DNA from: Mizuhopecten yessoensis
Lineage: Eukaryota
DNA: 64,000 bases
Reading direction: 5' to 3'
NCBI RefSeq assembly: GCF_002113885.1
Contig: NW_018408899.1
Location: forward strand, 333,988-397,987
Shown: one piece after another, positions 1-14,103 of the stretch
Layout: every line of letters begins with the position of its first letter
Position numbering within the stretch: the first letter of the stretch is position 1
Notes under the pieces: generated by a model
Seen by the model: the letters and a program-made list of their open reading frames with translations, nothing else
Databases searched by the model: none
Told to the model about the DNA's origin: nothing
Made by a program: the position numbers and the translations under genes

Positions 1-653
1 ATATCAGAATAGACCCTGGGGTCTGACCGAACCCCTAGGGACCTAGTTTCTTAGTCACAGCTTGGAAACAGTTGAGAGCCCCACCCTATCACCGTATATA
101 TACAATTGCTGAGTATAAAGAGATGATTGCACATATGCTTCCAGGTTGGCCTTGGGGACTGCCCCACCCTTGGAGACTTAACCCCTGGGTCATAACTTTG
201 AAATGGTTAATATCCCCACCCCGAAACTATATATACAATTGTTGGGCATAAAGAGACGAATGCAGTCATGATATTAGAATTGATCCCAGGGTCTGCCCCA
301 CCCTTGCAGACTTGGCCCCTGGGTCATACCTTTGAAACGGTTGAGATCCCCACCCCAAAACTATATATACAAATGCTTGGCAAAAAGAGACAAATGCAGT
401 CAAGATATTAGAATCGATCCTGGGGTCTGGACACAACTCTAGGGACCTAAATTGTGAGTCAAAGCTTGGAAACAGTTGAGATCCCCACCCCATAACCATA
501 CATAAAATTGCTTGGCATGAAAAATCTAATATAGCTATGCTACAAAGATTGGCCTTGGGGTCTGGCATATTCCCTTGATCTCATTTGGAGAATAGTTTGC
601 CATGATTGCTTAGGTATCCAGGTGAGCGATACAGGCCCTGTGGGCCTCTTGTT
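1..653 (+). mobile_element. 3' part of a Helentron-associated non-autonomous element (HINE) with ~135-bp internal tandem units, in an SSX2IP intron
   Basis: The motif ccccaccc recurs at ~79, 214, 348 and 483 (period ~135). The element ends in caggtgagcgatacaggccctgtgggcctcttgtt (subterminal IR, short palindrome, T), the same type of end seen at 19336-19369 and, inverted, at 61830-61865. Confidence 0.75.
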
Positions 654-743
654 CTAATAACACTGATAACTTATTTGGAATTAATTTACTCTGATAATTT
701 GGTAACATTATGGTTGATGAAATATTTGTATTTAATTCCACAG

Positions 744-2934
744 CAATCTATACTTAACCAATCAAAGGCAGCGGCAGAGACGTCATACCTAGACGAGTCA
801 GTCCAACTACAGGAGCGCCTCCTTCAGGAGCAGGAAAGCATGGCTGAGCAGCGCCGCCTGTTTTACCAGGAGAAGGCCAACTTTGAAGAAGAACGTAAAC
901 AGTACACAGAGGCAGCCATCCGACTTGGGAGGGAGGTACGTTAAACTGCAGTCTGTTACACAGAATGCTGGTAGTTACCTCCCTTTGTCTGACAGATAAA
1001 CTGGGGTCCCTTTCGCATATCAGTTTCAACCAATTTTCTGTTTTTAAATGTAACATTTTTGGGTAGAAGTCCTAGCGGACCTGCAAATGTTTATGCAGGC
1101 CTTGCAAGGCTTTGTCAAGGCTCGCCTGAAAGCATCTGATTGCTAGGTCCAACCTTATTTCATAAACGAACAACTCTGGTCCAACCGATTGCGACAAACG
1201 AATGCAGCCTGGTTCTTTTACACAAAAATAGATAGTTATCTCCCCTATACTGAGGGATGAATTGAACTTTTTCACAGAATGATGTATGATAACAGTTTTA
1301 ACTATAAATGGAAAACCTTTTAAATTCTAAGCATCTTGATATGCAGATTTTTACATATTTGTTGAACAGTTCATACATGTACAGGGTGTTAAAGAGTTAT
1401 ACTTTGTTAGGGTGAAAACTGTAAACAAGTTCTGATTATACATTTTTAGCCCACCATCAGTCTCATGAAGTTTTAGAGGGATCTATCTCAAATGTTGTGT
1501 GTAGGTTCCCCTTAATCTGTAGTTGTGCATGTTAATGTAGAGAGTGATCATAAAAGTAGATGGCCACAAGAAGGACTAATGAGATCTTACTGATATTGTA
1601 ATGATCAGATCTATTTCTCTTACATTTAAAGAACTGTACTAATAAATATGTGAAATGGTGCAGAGAAAAGAAGCGAAAAGATCAAACTGACATAAACTAA
1701 TGAAGATGGTACATTGGTGAGCACCAAGATCCCTTTGGGATCTCTTGTATATGAATAAAATCTGTCATGTTCAGATAAAATATACTCTTGGCTTCAGTAA
1801 TGGATGGTATTTTTACAAAAAAATCTTAAGTTAACAAATGATTTAATACAGGTGTTTGAATATGTTTTTTTTTTTTTCAGAGAAAAGCTCTTGATGATCA
1901 GAGATCGTCCATTATCAACCAGTTTCTACAGATCTCCCCATTTGTTAAATCCACTCCGTCCAACAGAAAGTCCCAAAAAGGTAGGTCAATTGATAATACA
2001 AAGTAGACTTATTGTTACATCTTGAGGGAGACTTTTACAATAAATGGTAGAGACCTCACTATACTAATTCCTTGTGCAGAGAGGATAAGAATGATCACCA
2101 GTGCTTTTTTTTTTTTTAGATATAACTAGCAGTTATCTGTAAAGGAAAACCTATTCAATGAGAAGATGGGGCTTATTCCCAGTAAAATATCTTCCTGGAA
2201 GACATTATTGTCATCTCTTTACATCTCCTAGAAATAAAGAGATGTGGACAATATAATTACCAAGTCTTTATGTTCCTCGGTATAGAGGCTCAGAAAACAT
2301 GTTTTCGTGTTTTCTGCTGTTTGTCACATGTTAAACTGAATTTCCTTGAAACTCCAGAACTCTTCATGCAATGGTCTTTATGTAGAATGTACTTCACTAT
2401 ATTATAAATAACCTCTGTCCTCTACCCTTTATTATCAGGTGAAGGGACAAGACTACTGCCATCCACACCAATGTTTTCACCAGCACCGTCCAGTAAACCC
2501 AAAACTCCGTCCACCACCGAGTTGTACCGTGTCCTTGGGATCACTCCCAAGGACCTGCCAAAGTAATTATAAGTTATATTCAGGATTGTTCCCAATCCAG
2601 ACAATTATAAAAGTGATTGTAATTTTTCAAAACTTCTTGAATTTTAGATTTTGCAGTTGTTAAAATCAGAGATATATACAGTCATGTTTATTCTTACAGG
2701 AGGAAGGAAGATAAATATTCTCCTGAGGAGGAGCCCCGGATTAAGAAAGCTCTGAGCTCTGAGTCTCTGTTATCTGGGTCATGTAAGTCAACGCCACACG
2801 ATACTAGTGATGTACAAATTTCCACCAGGAGTCATAGCTCGCCTGAAAAGTCTCCTGACCAGGTCAGCCTTAAACGTGTTCTGTTCCGGAGGAGGTCTAG
2901 TACAGGCAGCAATGAGGACCTGGAGGGCTTATAA
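744..2934 (+). CDS. SSX2IP: Afadin- and alpha-actinin-binding protein (SSX2IP/ADIP/Msd1), last four coding exons; 5' exons lie upstream of the window
   Basis: Exons 744-935, 1881-1980, 2439-2562 and 2700-2934 all have AG/GT boundaries and compatible phases (651 nt, stop TAA 2932-2934). The translation ...[62 protein letters not shown]... matches the recalled SSX2IP C-terminal coiled coil ([29 protein letters not shown]..QQFL). Confidence 0.9.
1020..1250. repeat. Interspersed repeat copy; inverted homolog at ~7545-7725
   Basis: gcggacctgcaaatgtttatgcaggcc...aaggctcgcctgaaa...attgctagg...aacgaacaactc is closely the reverse complement of gagttgttcgtt...cctagcaatc...tttcaggcgagccttg...ggcctgcataaacatttacaggtccgc at ~7596-7686. 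Confidence 0.7.
1442..1747 (+). mobile_element. Short degenerate HINE-like element
   Basis: Begins tttttagcccacca and ends tggtgagcaccaagatccctttgggatctcttgt (subterminal IR plus terminal palindrome). Confidence 0.5.
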
Positions 2935-3298
2935 CAGTACTGGGGAGTACCTTCATGGAGGCCTGTAGTCATGGCAACACAAATTAGAGAATAGTGGAAC
3001 CTCTTTACTCCAACCATTACTTTTGAAATAAAAATATTTTCGTCCTTTGATAATTATGCAAAATTGCTCACTGCTGGTAATATAGTTACTTTATGTAATA
3101 GCAATATTTTCAACTTTTGATTGGGAAATTGTCTTTAGACAATAATATTTTTTCCAAAAGCATCAAATCAGAATTTGTATCTTTTGAACTTGGTCTAACA
3201 AGGTTCTGCTATTATAGGTATTCTGATTTGCTTTCTTATGACAGGTATCTGACATATCAATGTACTTGGACATTCTGCTAAAATTATTTAAAATGCTT

Positions 3299-3528
3299 GA
3301 CATGACACACAGACACTTGTTGTCAATGTTGTGCCATGTGGCCTGACATGACACACAGACACTTGTTGTTAATGTTGTGCCATGTGGCTTGACATGGCAC
3401 ACAGACACTTGTTGTTAATGTTGTGCCATGTGGCTTGACATGACACACAGACACTTGTTGTCAATGTTGTGCCATGTGGCCTGACATGACACACAGACAC
3501 TTGTTGTCAATGTTGTGCCATGTGGCTT
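3299..3528. repeat. Minisatellite, 5 x 46 bp, in the probable SSX2IP 3' UTR
   Basis: The unit gacatgacacacagacacttgttgtcaatgttgtgccatgtggcct starts at 3299, 3345, 3391, 3437 and 3483. Confidence 0.95.
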
Positions 3529-6500
3529 GTTGTGGAAGTGTACAAGTAAACAGACATTATTACCATTAATAGAGGTGCATTTGTCCCGTGTATCACACCT
3601 GATCTCAAACCTGTTGTAAACATTCCATATCATTGCTGATGTAAATAGGTGACCTGCATCATGGGTGACCAGAGGATTTAGTCTGTGACATGCATCAAGG
3701 ATAAATTTGGTTACAAACTTTTGAGTTACATCCAAAAGCAATTATCCAACAGTCAGTAAATTTTGTTTAAATGTGAACGATAATAATTTAACAAAACAAG
3801 GGAAGCAGACTTTTTCAGATTTCATTTGCTGTAAATATGTGGATAATGTTCAGTATTACATAATGAATTATTAACAAATACGTTTGTCTCACTGAATACA
3901 CATAAGTATAGTGCTGATGAAGATAGGAAGAATATAGTGCTGATGAGGATAGGAAGATGTTAATATTTTAAGTAATGTATTTCCTGTTTTTGCTTTTGTT
4001 CATTTTTGTATGCATTTTAAAGTTGATTGTATAGAATTAAATGGCATTTAATTTATATACATCAAATATGTATGAAGAGAAAATAAATCCTTTGTACTTA
4101 CCAATGAAATAACCCTGATATATGTATTGATAGAATTGACCAACGCTACGATAAATGTTGATGAAGAATGATGAAAATTGCGTGAATGACAGTGAAAGGA
4201 GGAAATGTGTATTTCAGTGTGTATTGTAATGTGAAAATCGCCAATGTCAAATGTGTTCAGTTTAGTTTGGGAAACGGGTATATAATACCTTGTGAGACTG
4301 TAGAATATTATACAGTCACCTAGGTTAGTGTGACTGACCTTTGTGATGTAACCTTTGACCTCTACATGAGATTGTCTATTACTCCATATGAGTAATTTAG
4401 TTGGCCTAACATTCCACATATCAGTGAAATCATTCATGCATTGAAAGTCAAAATATTTCATATCATCAAAGAAAATGTACCTCGTGTATCAATGTTCAAT
4501 TTTTGCATATCAAGTTCTTTAGCATTCCATTGAGTTTCTTAAATGTATTTATATTGTGTATCTTAAAATATGGACTAATTTTGCTACTACTTGTTACATT
4601 TTTCTAAATTTATTTTACATTGAGCTCAGTTCTTGTGATTTGTAAGGGTTGTTTTGTACCTTCGCTGATGCATTGTATATAATGTTGTAATGTTGGAGGT
4701 GTGTTTACTTACTTATTACCAGTTGATACGGTGATACCGCAAGAATTGTTTCATAATTAAAGCTAAATAATTAAATAATTTTAATGGTATTTACACCTGT
4801 TTCATTTTCATTATTCAGTCTTCAATAGGGTTTTTTCCAATACATTGCAAACAAGTTTGTATTAAGATTTGAAAGCTTGTATATATTAGCTTAAGATTGA
4901 CATCATTTTGCCAATAGTGATCTCATTACTAATCATAAGGCAGTGTACCCAACCTATCTGTTTTCCAGGTAATTCAGTGTTTTAAGGAACCTCTTTGTGT
5001 TCCATGAATAATACATTTTTTTAAGCAGACAATTTTGGCATCTAACAGTGTCAAATTACAACTGGCTTCCTTTGTTATGATGTATACCTCTGTATAGCAC
5101 ATGTTTGCAATAATCTCAATAATTGTGCCTTATTGCTGTATTAGTGGGTATTTTAGATGATCTGTTGTCACCATAGTCACCAGAGCCTGACCTACTTAGG
5201 TTGAGAGTCTATTCCATTATTTCAAATATTGATATCAAGTTGACAATGGTGATATGCAAGCTTGTTTCCTTTTTCGTTACCATGGAACTTATGCTTAACA
5301 ATGTACATATCAGGGATGTGATGGTGTCAGTATATGATGAAATCAGTTTTACATCATTGTTGATATATGAAGCAATCCAGTACATTTTTTTAGTACATTC
5401 ACTAGAATTTGCTGTATTGCATAATCCAAATTTTTGATGTCAATGCTTAAGGCAATTAACATTGGCTGCTCAGCATAGAGTTCTAGTTGGATTTCGAGTA
5501 AGTGTGCTCTATTGTGAATCTGTTGCATTTCATTTAAATAGTTATGACTAAATGTATTGACTTAAAATGTTGTTCTGCAAAATTGAAACCCCACAATGTT
5601 TCACCACGAAGAAAAACAGAGAAGCTACATAATTTAAGACTTTAAAGGTAACCAATTACTTGATGAAGGCTATACAGTGTACGTCCTTTAACTTGAGAAC
5701 CCCTGGACCTTCTGCATACTACCGGGTATGCAAATCTGTCAAACAAAACCTGTATCAAGTAAACCTTCATAAATGTTCATTTAATTGTTATGTCATTAAA
5801 AAAACACTGCTATTTCTTCGCATACGTGTATGAACCATTATGATATAAACTTGTGTTCAGTTTGATCAAAGTTGCTTGTTTTGAAATGAATTAATCTTAT
5901 CGAACAATTCGTGTCAATTGACACAATATGCATGTACATTCTTTCTCATTTTGATGTAAGAAGTTGAGAATTCGCAACATTCACTTGACAACGGAATAAT
6001 TATTTACACGACATTCACTTGACATCGGAATAATGATTTAAAACTCGGGATGTGGCAGCTGCATCATATCAGCGTGTACAGAAAAAACTTGTTTAAGTCG
6101 ATCTTCTCATTGAAAGTAAGTGTTTTTTTGTTATGTTTCAGTACTTTGTACATGTTTTTATGTTAATATTGATGTTCTTGTTAAATATTTTTGCCCAAAA
6201 CAATTTGTTGACCTTTCACAGTCTATTGGTACTTTTGCTTTTGAAGTTATGAAATGTTAGTAACAGTTACAAACTCCAAACAGTTTTCAGATTTTGTATG
6301 CTCTTATTTTTTGCCAAGTCATCACTATTGTAAAAGTTGGTTTCGTTTTCATAGTGTTTTTATAAAAATGCATGTAGTAGGTTACAGAAATGAAAGTGTT
6401 TTGTTATACATGTACTGTAATTCGTGAAATTTTAACAGTACACGTACAAACATCTTGCTTGAATTGATTTTAATATCATAAATATTATTGAAGCACATTA

Positions 6501-7544
6501 GGCATACCGTACTACAATCTGTAAGAGATGCATAATGCTGTATGTTTTGTATTTAAATGTGTTGAAATTAATATTTGAGATATTTCAAGTTATGATTGAC
6601 TCTCCCTGCCAATTAATATATATATTATTATTATTCATTTCTCAAAATATGAGTTTTTAAATGAACTGAAGGGTCATGAATTTATACTAACCACTTACTC
6701 TAGAGATTAAAAAACCCACCTGTACTAATGGACCACTTTTAAAACTTCCAATTCATGAACCTGTATAAAGAGACCACCTGCAAAAAGAGACAACTTAATG
6801 AATGTCCTGAAGGTGACAGGTCTCTTATTACAGGTCTGACTGAACAATACGAAGGTTTGACTTGAAGCTTATACATTTCGTACGGTATTAGATGTTTAAG
6901 CTGGAATGATAAATATTAAACTTTAACTTGATAACTCCTGCTGAATTAATCTTTTGAAAAGGTATTTCATCCTTTTTAAATTTGAAAACAACATTTATTG
7001 TCATCAAACCTTAGCATTGTTTGAATTTCTAAGAATAAGTAGCAAAATAACTGCCAAATGAACTGATGTTGTAACAGTGAATGTATTTGTGATGAAAATA
7101 TTTTTCAGAGGTTTTCATGGTTTGGGCCAAATGTTTAGGAGTGAGTGAGCCAAGGCTAGTCTGACCTAAGGGAAGTTTTTTAGATCTGCCATGTTCAGTC
7201 TTGTAGGTGGATGATTAGCCTCGTAAATAGAAACCTGTCTTGTCATTACCATTAAGATGACTGGACGACTGTACTTTTGTCTCAGTAGAAGCAAAATAAT
7301 AAATTTGTAGTATTTTGGGTAAAACTGTGTTTGCTCTTCTGTTGAACTATTTAGAAGAGGAATGGTGTTAACATGCAGATCATTATTTTTCAACAAGACA
7401 GAATTATTAACTTCACATTGCAAATGGATTGAACTTACAATGAAAATGTGTTATGCCTCTGTGATTTGACAAGCAAAGTTGAATAATTTTAGCGTTGGAA
7501 AAAGGGTTGGGGAAACTTTTATGAAACTTAATGTTTACTGGATT

Positions 7545-7725
7545 GAGTTATCTCCCTTCCTGTGACAAATTTATGGCTATCCAAACAATTGGACCCGAGT
7601 TGTTCGTTAATGAAACAAGGTCCTAGCAATCTGATGCTAATTTCAGGCGAGCCTTGCACGGCCTGCATAAACATTTACAGGTCCGCCAAGATTTATATCC
7701 GAAAATGTTTACATTTCAAAATGTT
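7545..7725. repeat. Interspersed repeat copy (inverted relative to ~1020-1250)
   Basis: Reverse-complement similarity to the SSX2IP intronic copy. Confidence 0.7.
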
Positions 7726-8222
7726 CCGAATAAACGAACAGGCCTTTAGTCACAAAATGGACTTATTTTTATGAGAACATGTCTGAATTGAGTTACCAAA
7801 TACACTAGCGAACTTGAGAAAACATTACTAGACAATGTTAACAAATATTTTAATGGACTAACAAAAACTGTATAAGACACAGTTAGGAAATTCAACAATG
7901 AACAATTGCAACAAAGGGCTAATAAAGATTATAACTATCCCAACTAACAAAGAAGTGTCCCAACTGAAAAATGACGTCCGGACCAACAAGATTCTACTGT
8001 ATCGATATTCGTGATGTATTAATCACTTTCAGAATCATGGATCAAGTAGTGAAATTTTATATAATTCAATGTCAATACAGATGCTGAAAGAAAACGTGAC
8101 TGTCCGTATGATATCATTTTGATACACGGATCCACACAATACAATTGTCTGTTCTAATGTGCTTTTAAACAAAAGCAATGATATTTTCTTGACCATTTCA
8201 ACTAAACATGTATACACGTTCG

Positions 8223-8580
8223 AGGCACGGTAGTTTAGTGGTAGGACGTCGGGCTCATGACCCAAGGGTTGACGGTTCGAGTCACGTCACGGCACTGTGT
8301 TGTATCTTTGAGCAAGATACTTAACTCCGCTTGTTCCAGTCTAAACAGCTGTAAATGAATACGTGGTTGGGCAGTGCTAGACATTTTTGAATGCTAGCTG
8401 CGAGCGCCGAAATGGCAGCACCGGCTGTTTGCTCCCCAGGGAGTTGAGAAAGATATTGGCTGGTTGCAAAGGACCTATAACAACGGATAATAATTTGTGA
8501 ATCGCTTTAATTTGGGACGCCCTACGAACTAGGTTGTGAAAAAGCGGTATATAAGAACCTCAAATTATTATTAATAATTA
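8223..8580 (+). mobile_element. tRNA-derived SINE with CORE-like central domain
   Basis: tRNA-like head ggcacggTAGTTTAGTGGtaggacgtcgggctcatgacccaagggttgacGGTTCGAGTC (A and B boxes, CAT anticodon-like loop, no acceptor stem). It is followed by gtatctttgagcaagatacttaac...ctgtaaatg, resembling the CORE domain, and an (TTA)n-like tail at ~8563-8580. Confidence 0.8.
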
Positions 8581-9744
8581 TTTTGGAAAATATTTCACAA
8601 CTACTAGGCTTTCTCAGTTACAAGTTAACATATTGAAACTAAATAGTATCCTTCTGTACTTATGCAGCACATTTACACCTGTACCTCATTTATATTGTTG
8701 AAATGGATATATATTTATCAATATGGTTATTGTGAATCAATAAAGTTAAGGTAAATCAAGTGTATTGCGATAGTTTAGCCGTAGCCTTTCAGGTCATTTT
8801 AACTATCGACATATTTTGGAAAATATCTCGGGAGATTTTGCAACTGCTTAACTTGCTCAACTATAAGTTCACAGGTTTAAGCCATTGATGCATAACTTTT
8901 ACAATCATCTTGGTTGTATTTGTAACAAAGATTTATTTTTCACCATTATATTTATTGTTCAAAGTACTGGTAAATCATGCATAATAAGCAAATTTCTGGT
9001 TCTACCTCCTCATCATACCTTCGTACAATTTGTCTTTTGACGTCGAAAATGGCATCAGCGGGGAACGAAGCCCCCTTTTGGCCGCATCTCACAGTGTCCG
9101 AGAATGCAACACGGCCTATTTCACTGGTCGTTGGCTATAATCTCCACCTTCCCATGCTGGACACACTCCGACACGTAGAGAACCTAGCTGAAGCACTTTA
9201 ATTTTCACATCATGAAAAACGTAAACAGCCGCAGGTTTATTATAACATTGTTTTGCTACAATTAGTTTTAACAAGCTTGTTTATTCCTAAAGCACAAAGC
9301 CTATCTTAGTTGAATTCGATTTCCCTTCATTATTCCTAGCGGTTCACATGAACTTACTTACTGAATTTGCTAGATTATTCCTAAATCGGGTGCATTTCAA
9401 TTAAAACGTGCTCATCTGGACTTATCATCTCATAACCTAACCAAAAAAGAAAATATTCCTTAAAGGAAACAAAGCGAGACATAGACGTCACCTTTCCGAC
9501 GGCGACCCCAGCAGCTTTGCATTTAGCTCTGTTTTTACAAAAGGATAAGTGCTACACCATCCAAACTTGGACCATAGTTCATCTTAGCTTCTTCATTGGT
9601 AACCATGCATTATTTACTGAATGTAGACGAAATTTCATGCAGATATTTTTTTGCGTTTAGCAGTGGGTTACGTGTTGTACTCGTAAGGTTTTAGTCAAAG
9701 ACCTACCTAACTTACAGCATAGCTACATTCAAGGCAGTACATAG

Positions 9745-10149
9745 AGAATAATACATGCCTTTTTCCATATCACACCCATGTTTCATTAACGAATCAACCC
9801 GAGACTGCAATATCAGCACAAGGGCCGAAGGCACGAGGGCTGATATTGGTCGAGGGTTGATACTGGGTGTGATATGGAAAAAGGCGTGTTTTATTCTGTT
9901 TATTACATATTTACTAATACAAACTATTCTCTTATGATTTAATTTTCTTTTTGAAATATTGAAATACGAAAAAAATCCAAAAGTGGTGTGATATGGGTTT
10001 TGCGGGCTGATACGGGTTTTGGGGTGTGATACGGCGGGGGCTGATACCGGTTTTGGGGTGTGATACGGCGAGGGCTGATATGGGTTAGAGCAATTGTGTC
10101 GTATCGCATATACAAAAAATCCGTATTTATCAGTAAGTATGTAATAAAT
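9745..10149. mobile_element. Non-autonomous palindromic element (Crypton-like architecture)
   Basis: Perfect 22-bp inverted repeat at 9757-9778/9864-9885 enclosing a nested hairpin (atatcagc..ggccgaaggc..gctgatat). A second inverted repeat lies at 9899-9919/10128-10148 around ~3 short tandem units. The superfamily assignment is from recall only. Confidence 0.6.
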
Positions 10150-11734
10150 CTCATTACAAACATCAGCTGCTATAAGGATACTAGTTTTTACAGCTCATAT
10201 GCTACAAAAGCATTAGTGCCACCAACCCAACTTGGACAATAGTTTTTATCCTAACTTCTGCATTAGCTACTAAATGAGGCCTAAATTTCCTTGTCCAGTG
10301 ACCGTTGAAGCATCCCAGACAATGCTATATGTTTTTGCGTTTACCTGTATGTAATGTGTTGTATCTCAAAACTCCTACACCTACAATAAACTTACACCAT
10401 ATATATATATATATATATCCTTGGCAAAACATATTATTTCAAGCATACGGTCCAGCAGCTGCCATTTTCCTCATCAATGTTCAGCTCTGTTTTTCCAAAA
10501 GTATGATTACAGGACCAGTTGAATTCGGATTATAGAAAATACTTCAGATGCTGAATATTACACTGATTTCTTGCTTCTTTTTCATAATACCAATTTTTGT
10601 TATAAGTTACTGTGTTTGCAGGTTTAGCTAGGTTATTCAAAAGCTGAAAGTTCTACAACAAGTACACTTGGATAAACAATGTTTCATCTGAAATGCATCA
10701 AAATACTTGCTTTGGTGGATGGATAATAACCGAGAATAATTTTCTAAATTGTAAAAAAAAAAAAAAAAAAACCCTTTCCGGGTTTTTTTTTACCCTATAA
10801 ACTTTGATATATATTCAAAAGTTTGACAATTAAAGAAAATATCAAATTTGAATTTTTAATTTCTAAAGTTTTAAATTAATTCTATTTCAGTAAAGGTAGG
10901 TCATCACGAATGCTAAGTTTCTATATTCTTCTTTGATTCTCAAACTGGGTGCGACACATACAAATTCATTACGCCAATTTATTATTCCGTGGAATTCTTG
11001 TTCTTGGTAAGATTAGTCCCCCTTTGGACTGCTGCGGTTCAAAGATTCCGCGGAATTATATGATTCCGGTCTCCGCATCGACCATCAGCATCAATTAATT
11101 TAAAGAACATGGTTAGTATATTTTCTATAGACCTTCAGGTTTTTAGAACATATACGTTGCTTGAAAAAGTTTGACATAGCCACCCATATATGACCTAGAA
11201 AGACAGTCAAGATTTTACATAGCAAGACACTTTTTTTAACACTACACCAGGACCCTGGACTTGATGAAACTCAAGAGGAAGATTTCTGAACTTTTTTTTA
11301 TCAATTGATCCAATGTTAACCTTTGACCCCAACCAGCGCTCAACCTTCAACCTAAACCGCACCATATGCGAGTAAAAGATTCCCACTGTTGGTTTACATG
11401 TACCATACCTAAGTGACCCCTGTGACCTGAAATGTCGAGGTCATTTATATGAAGAAAGTTTATAGCACTCTATCTCTGGTACCTACACTGTCAATATATC
11501 AGAACCATTGTCCAAAGGAACGATTTCATAGCTCAAAGTTGACCTATACCATTGGAAATAGCACTCCATTCCTGGTACCTACTAACCAAGCTTCAGATCT
11601 GGGGTATTTTTTGGTTGTCAATAAGGTCTTTAGAGAAAAAGACTTTCAATAGAGGTCAAATGGACCTGCATCGCTCACTTGGTATTACTTTCACACGTGT
11701 AACCTCAAAAGTGGGTCAAGGTCAAATATACTTG

Positions 11735-12040
11735 GGTTTGGTGTTGGTTTAGTCTGTCAACAGCTATGGCCATTTAAGGCTCCCCTTTGTGCAAGATGCA
11801 TGCGTGTAGTTTATTCGTGTTTTGGGAGGCTGCGATATGTTCGTGCGTCTCCTTGTGATATCGCGGAACTGATGCCGACTTTATAGTGCTACCTCACTGA
11901 AACATACTGCCGAAGACACCCCTCCCGGTCACATTATACTGACAACGGGCGAACCAGTCGTCCCATTCATAAATTGCTGAACGTTAAGCAGGAGTAGAAA
12001 CTACCATTTTTACAGACTCTTACGCCCTACCTGCAGGGAC
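11735..12040 (-). mobile_element. Meta-domain SINE-like element (degenerate)
   Basis: The plus strand has ggtcacattatactgacaacgggcgaaccagtcgtcc, the reverse complement of the recalled Meta-SINE motif gactggtt..c..gtgtcagtataatgtgac. A ggttt-type tail lies at ~11735-11750. Confidence 0.6.
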
Positions 12041-14103
12041 TCGAATATACTTTTAAAAACTTATTTACGCTTCAACCACAATAACATGACCTATGACTTT
12101 TCGTCATTTAAATGAATCACTTTTAAACATACTGTACTTGGCATGAGAGCTATACTGAGCCTTTTAGTCAGTATTAGAAATTGTTTTTAAACTTTAAGTA
12201 GGCTTATTTGAACTCCGGCAAAATCGAGTGGCTTTCATAAAATCGGGATGCCGCGAGTCTGCATTAATGACGGAAGGGTGAAGCAGTACAAACCATGGGT
12301 GCAACAAGTTGTTTTGCTCACATCATAGTCTGAATAATATTGTTACACTGTACCAGATGGTCGTCTGGGCAGGTTTCGTCGGTACACATACAATAGATCG
12401 TCTGTTCTAATTGGTGTCCAATAGATTTAATGTCTTATTCGCCCAGAAGTCTTCGGTGTGTAAACTTCATTATTATTGTTTCATTCAATCCCGCAGACAT
12501 TTTACTTCTCGTTGACACGTTTTTTAAGTCCCGTACATAATCATTTTAATATACGATGGGACCTTTCTAAACGGGGAAGCATGTGACAAACGTTTAGCGT
12601 GTCCATACATAATCAAAACGAACTGTTCGTAATCTTTCATCAAGTTAACCAGGCTTTGGTCCGGACTAAACTTGCGCTAACGTGTAGTTCAATGTGGTCA
12701 AGTGTCACGCCTCTAAACTCATTCATGCACCGTCACATTCACGAGTAGGTTAGATTATGATCGTGTCGAGGCCTCGTGATTTAGAAGGTTTTTTTTAAAT
12801 GTCTTCAAAATGGTGGGGGAACACACGTGTATACTATGCCCATATGGTCGACAGTCAAAACATATGCATAGCCGTTATCTCGAGTTTATATCGGGGTCAG
12901 AGGAAAATCGGGCTTGCACAGCTGTGTTCAGGCTGGTCATCGAACTGCAGTTTCTTGTCCATGTACCTACATAGCCAACATTGAATAAAGCATCGTAATA
13001 GTACACTATTTACCTAGCTGTTGCTGAGCGATAATAATCGCTATCTAATGTACATTAAAAACCAATTAAGAACTGAGCAATTGTAAACCACACGACCTGA
13101 ACAATTAGCACTCAATAAAATGTCTATAGACATACAAACAATAGGAAGGAAAGCTGGCATCTAAATATACATTTCTTAGTCACCATGTGACCGACAATAT
13201 TTCAGTCAACAAGCTGCCACGACCCAATTCAAGGCCATGCGCAGCTTTGATCATGTCGGTTAAAATATTCTCCACCTGCGCGCAGACGCAACCTTCGGAA
13301 CGTTTCTAGTGTCATCATTTAAGATGTTGAAACAGACAGACGTGTTCCGACTAATTTCGAGGGAGTTGGCCACGTGGGAAGTTGTTTACAAACAATGTGG
13401 CCGGTCATGTACGTAGCTGCCGACACCAGTCTAATCTGTCTTCCAATCTCGTCTGTATAGGAATAGCATGACATTCGTGTTAAAGCATGCATCGGAACAA
13501 AAACAGAACATAGCTACAAGCTCTCTTTAAAGATTGCTGGAGAAATAAATGATTCAAAACTAAACGCATTTGTTTTTGTACAAAAATATGATTTAATTGA
13601 AAAGCAATGACAAATAATGTAAACACACGCAACTCAAAAACTCGGGCTTCTACCCTATTTATATACAAACTCGTATTCCGTACAAGAAAAAAATGAAATA
13701 GCACATGTATACCATACGAGGTTATGAAAAGTCACAACGAGCATAATAACTAGTACTCGTATCTCATCACAAATTTGCGGACTTTTATGCAACTGAAATT
13801 TGCAACAACGTGAAAGACGGACTAGCTCTGTGTTTTAAACATTCGATATACAAATATTTTACCATCGCCAAAAACAAATCGATCATGATATTGATCTAGC
13901 TTCAAACATACTTGCATAATGTTTGTTGAAGCGAGTGACTTAGAATACACGGATGAACCTGAATGGCAAATATCCCCCAATGAATGTCCGAAAGTCCTCT
14001 TTAAAAATGGTGCAAAAAATATCCTCAAAGTTCCATACATTCCCCAGTTATTTTGTTGACCATTTACTCAGGTCAGTTTTTTTTTCCTTGAAATTTAAGT
14101 CAC

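Noticed and set aside
3299-3528. CRISPR-like array; Cys/His-rich ORFs 3163-3408 and 3415-3741
   Set aside because: The units are contiguous with no unique spacers and the context is eukaryotic. The ORFs are translations of the minisatellite.
8223-8295. tRNA-Met gene
   Set aside because: A and B boxes and a CAT loop are present, but the acceptor stem does not pair and the sequence runs into a CORE-like domain and a simple-repeat tail. It is a SINE head.
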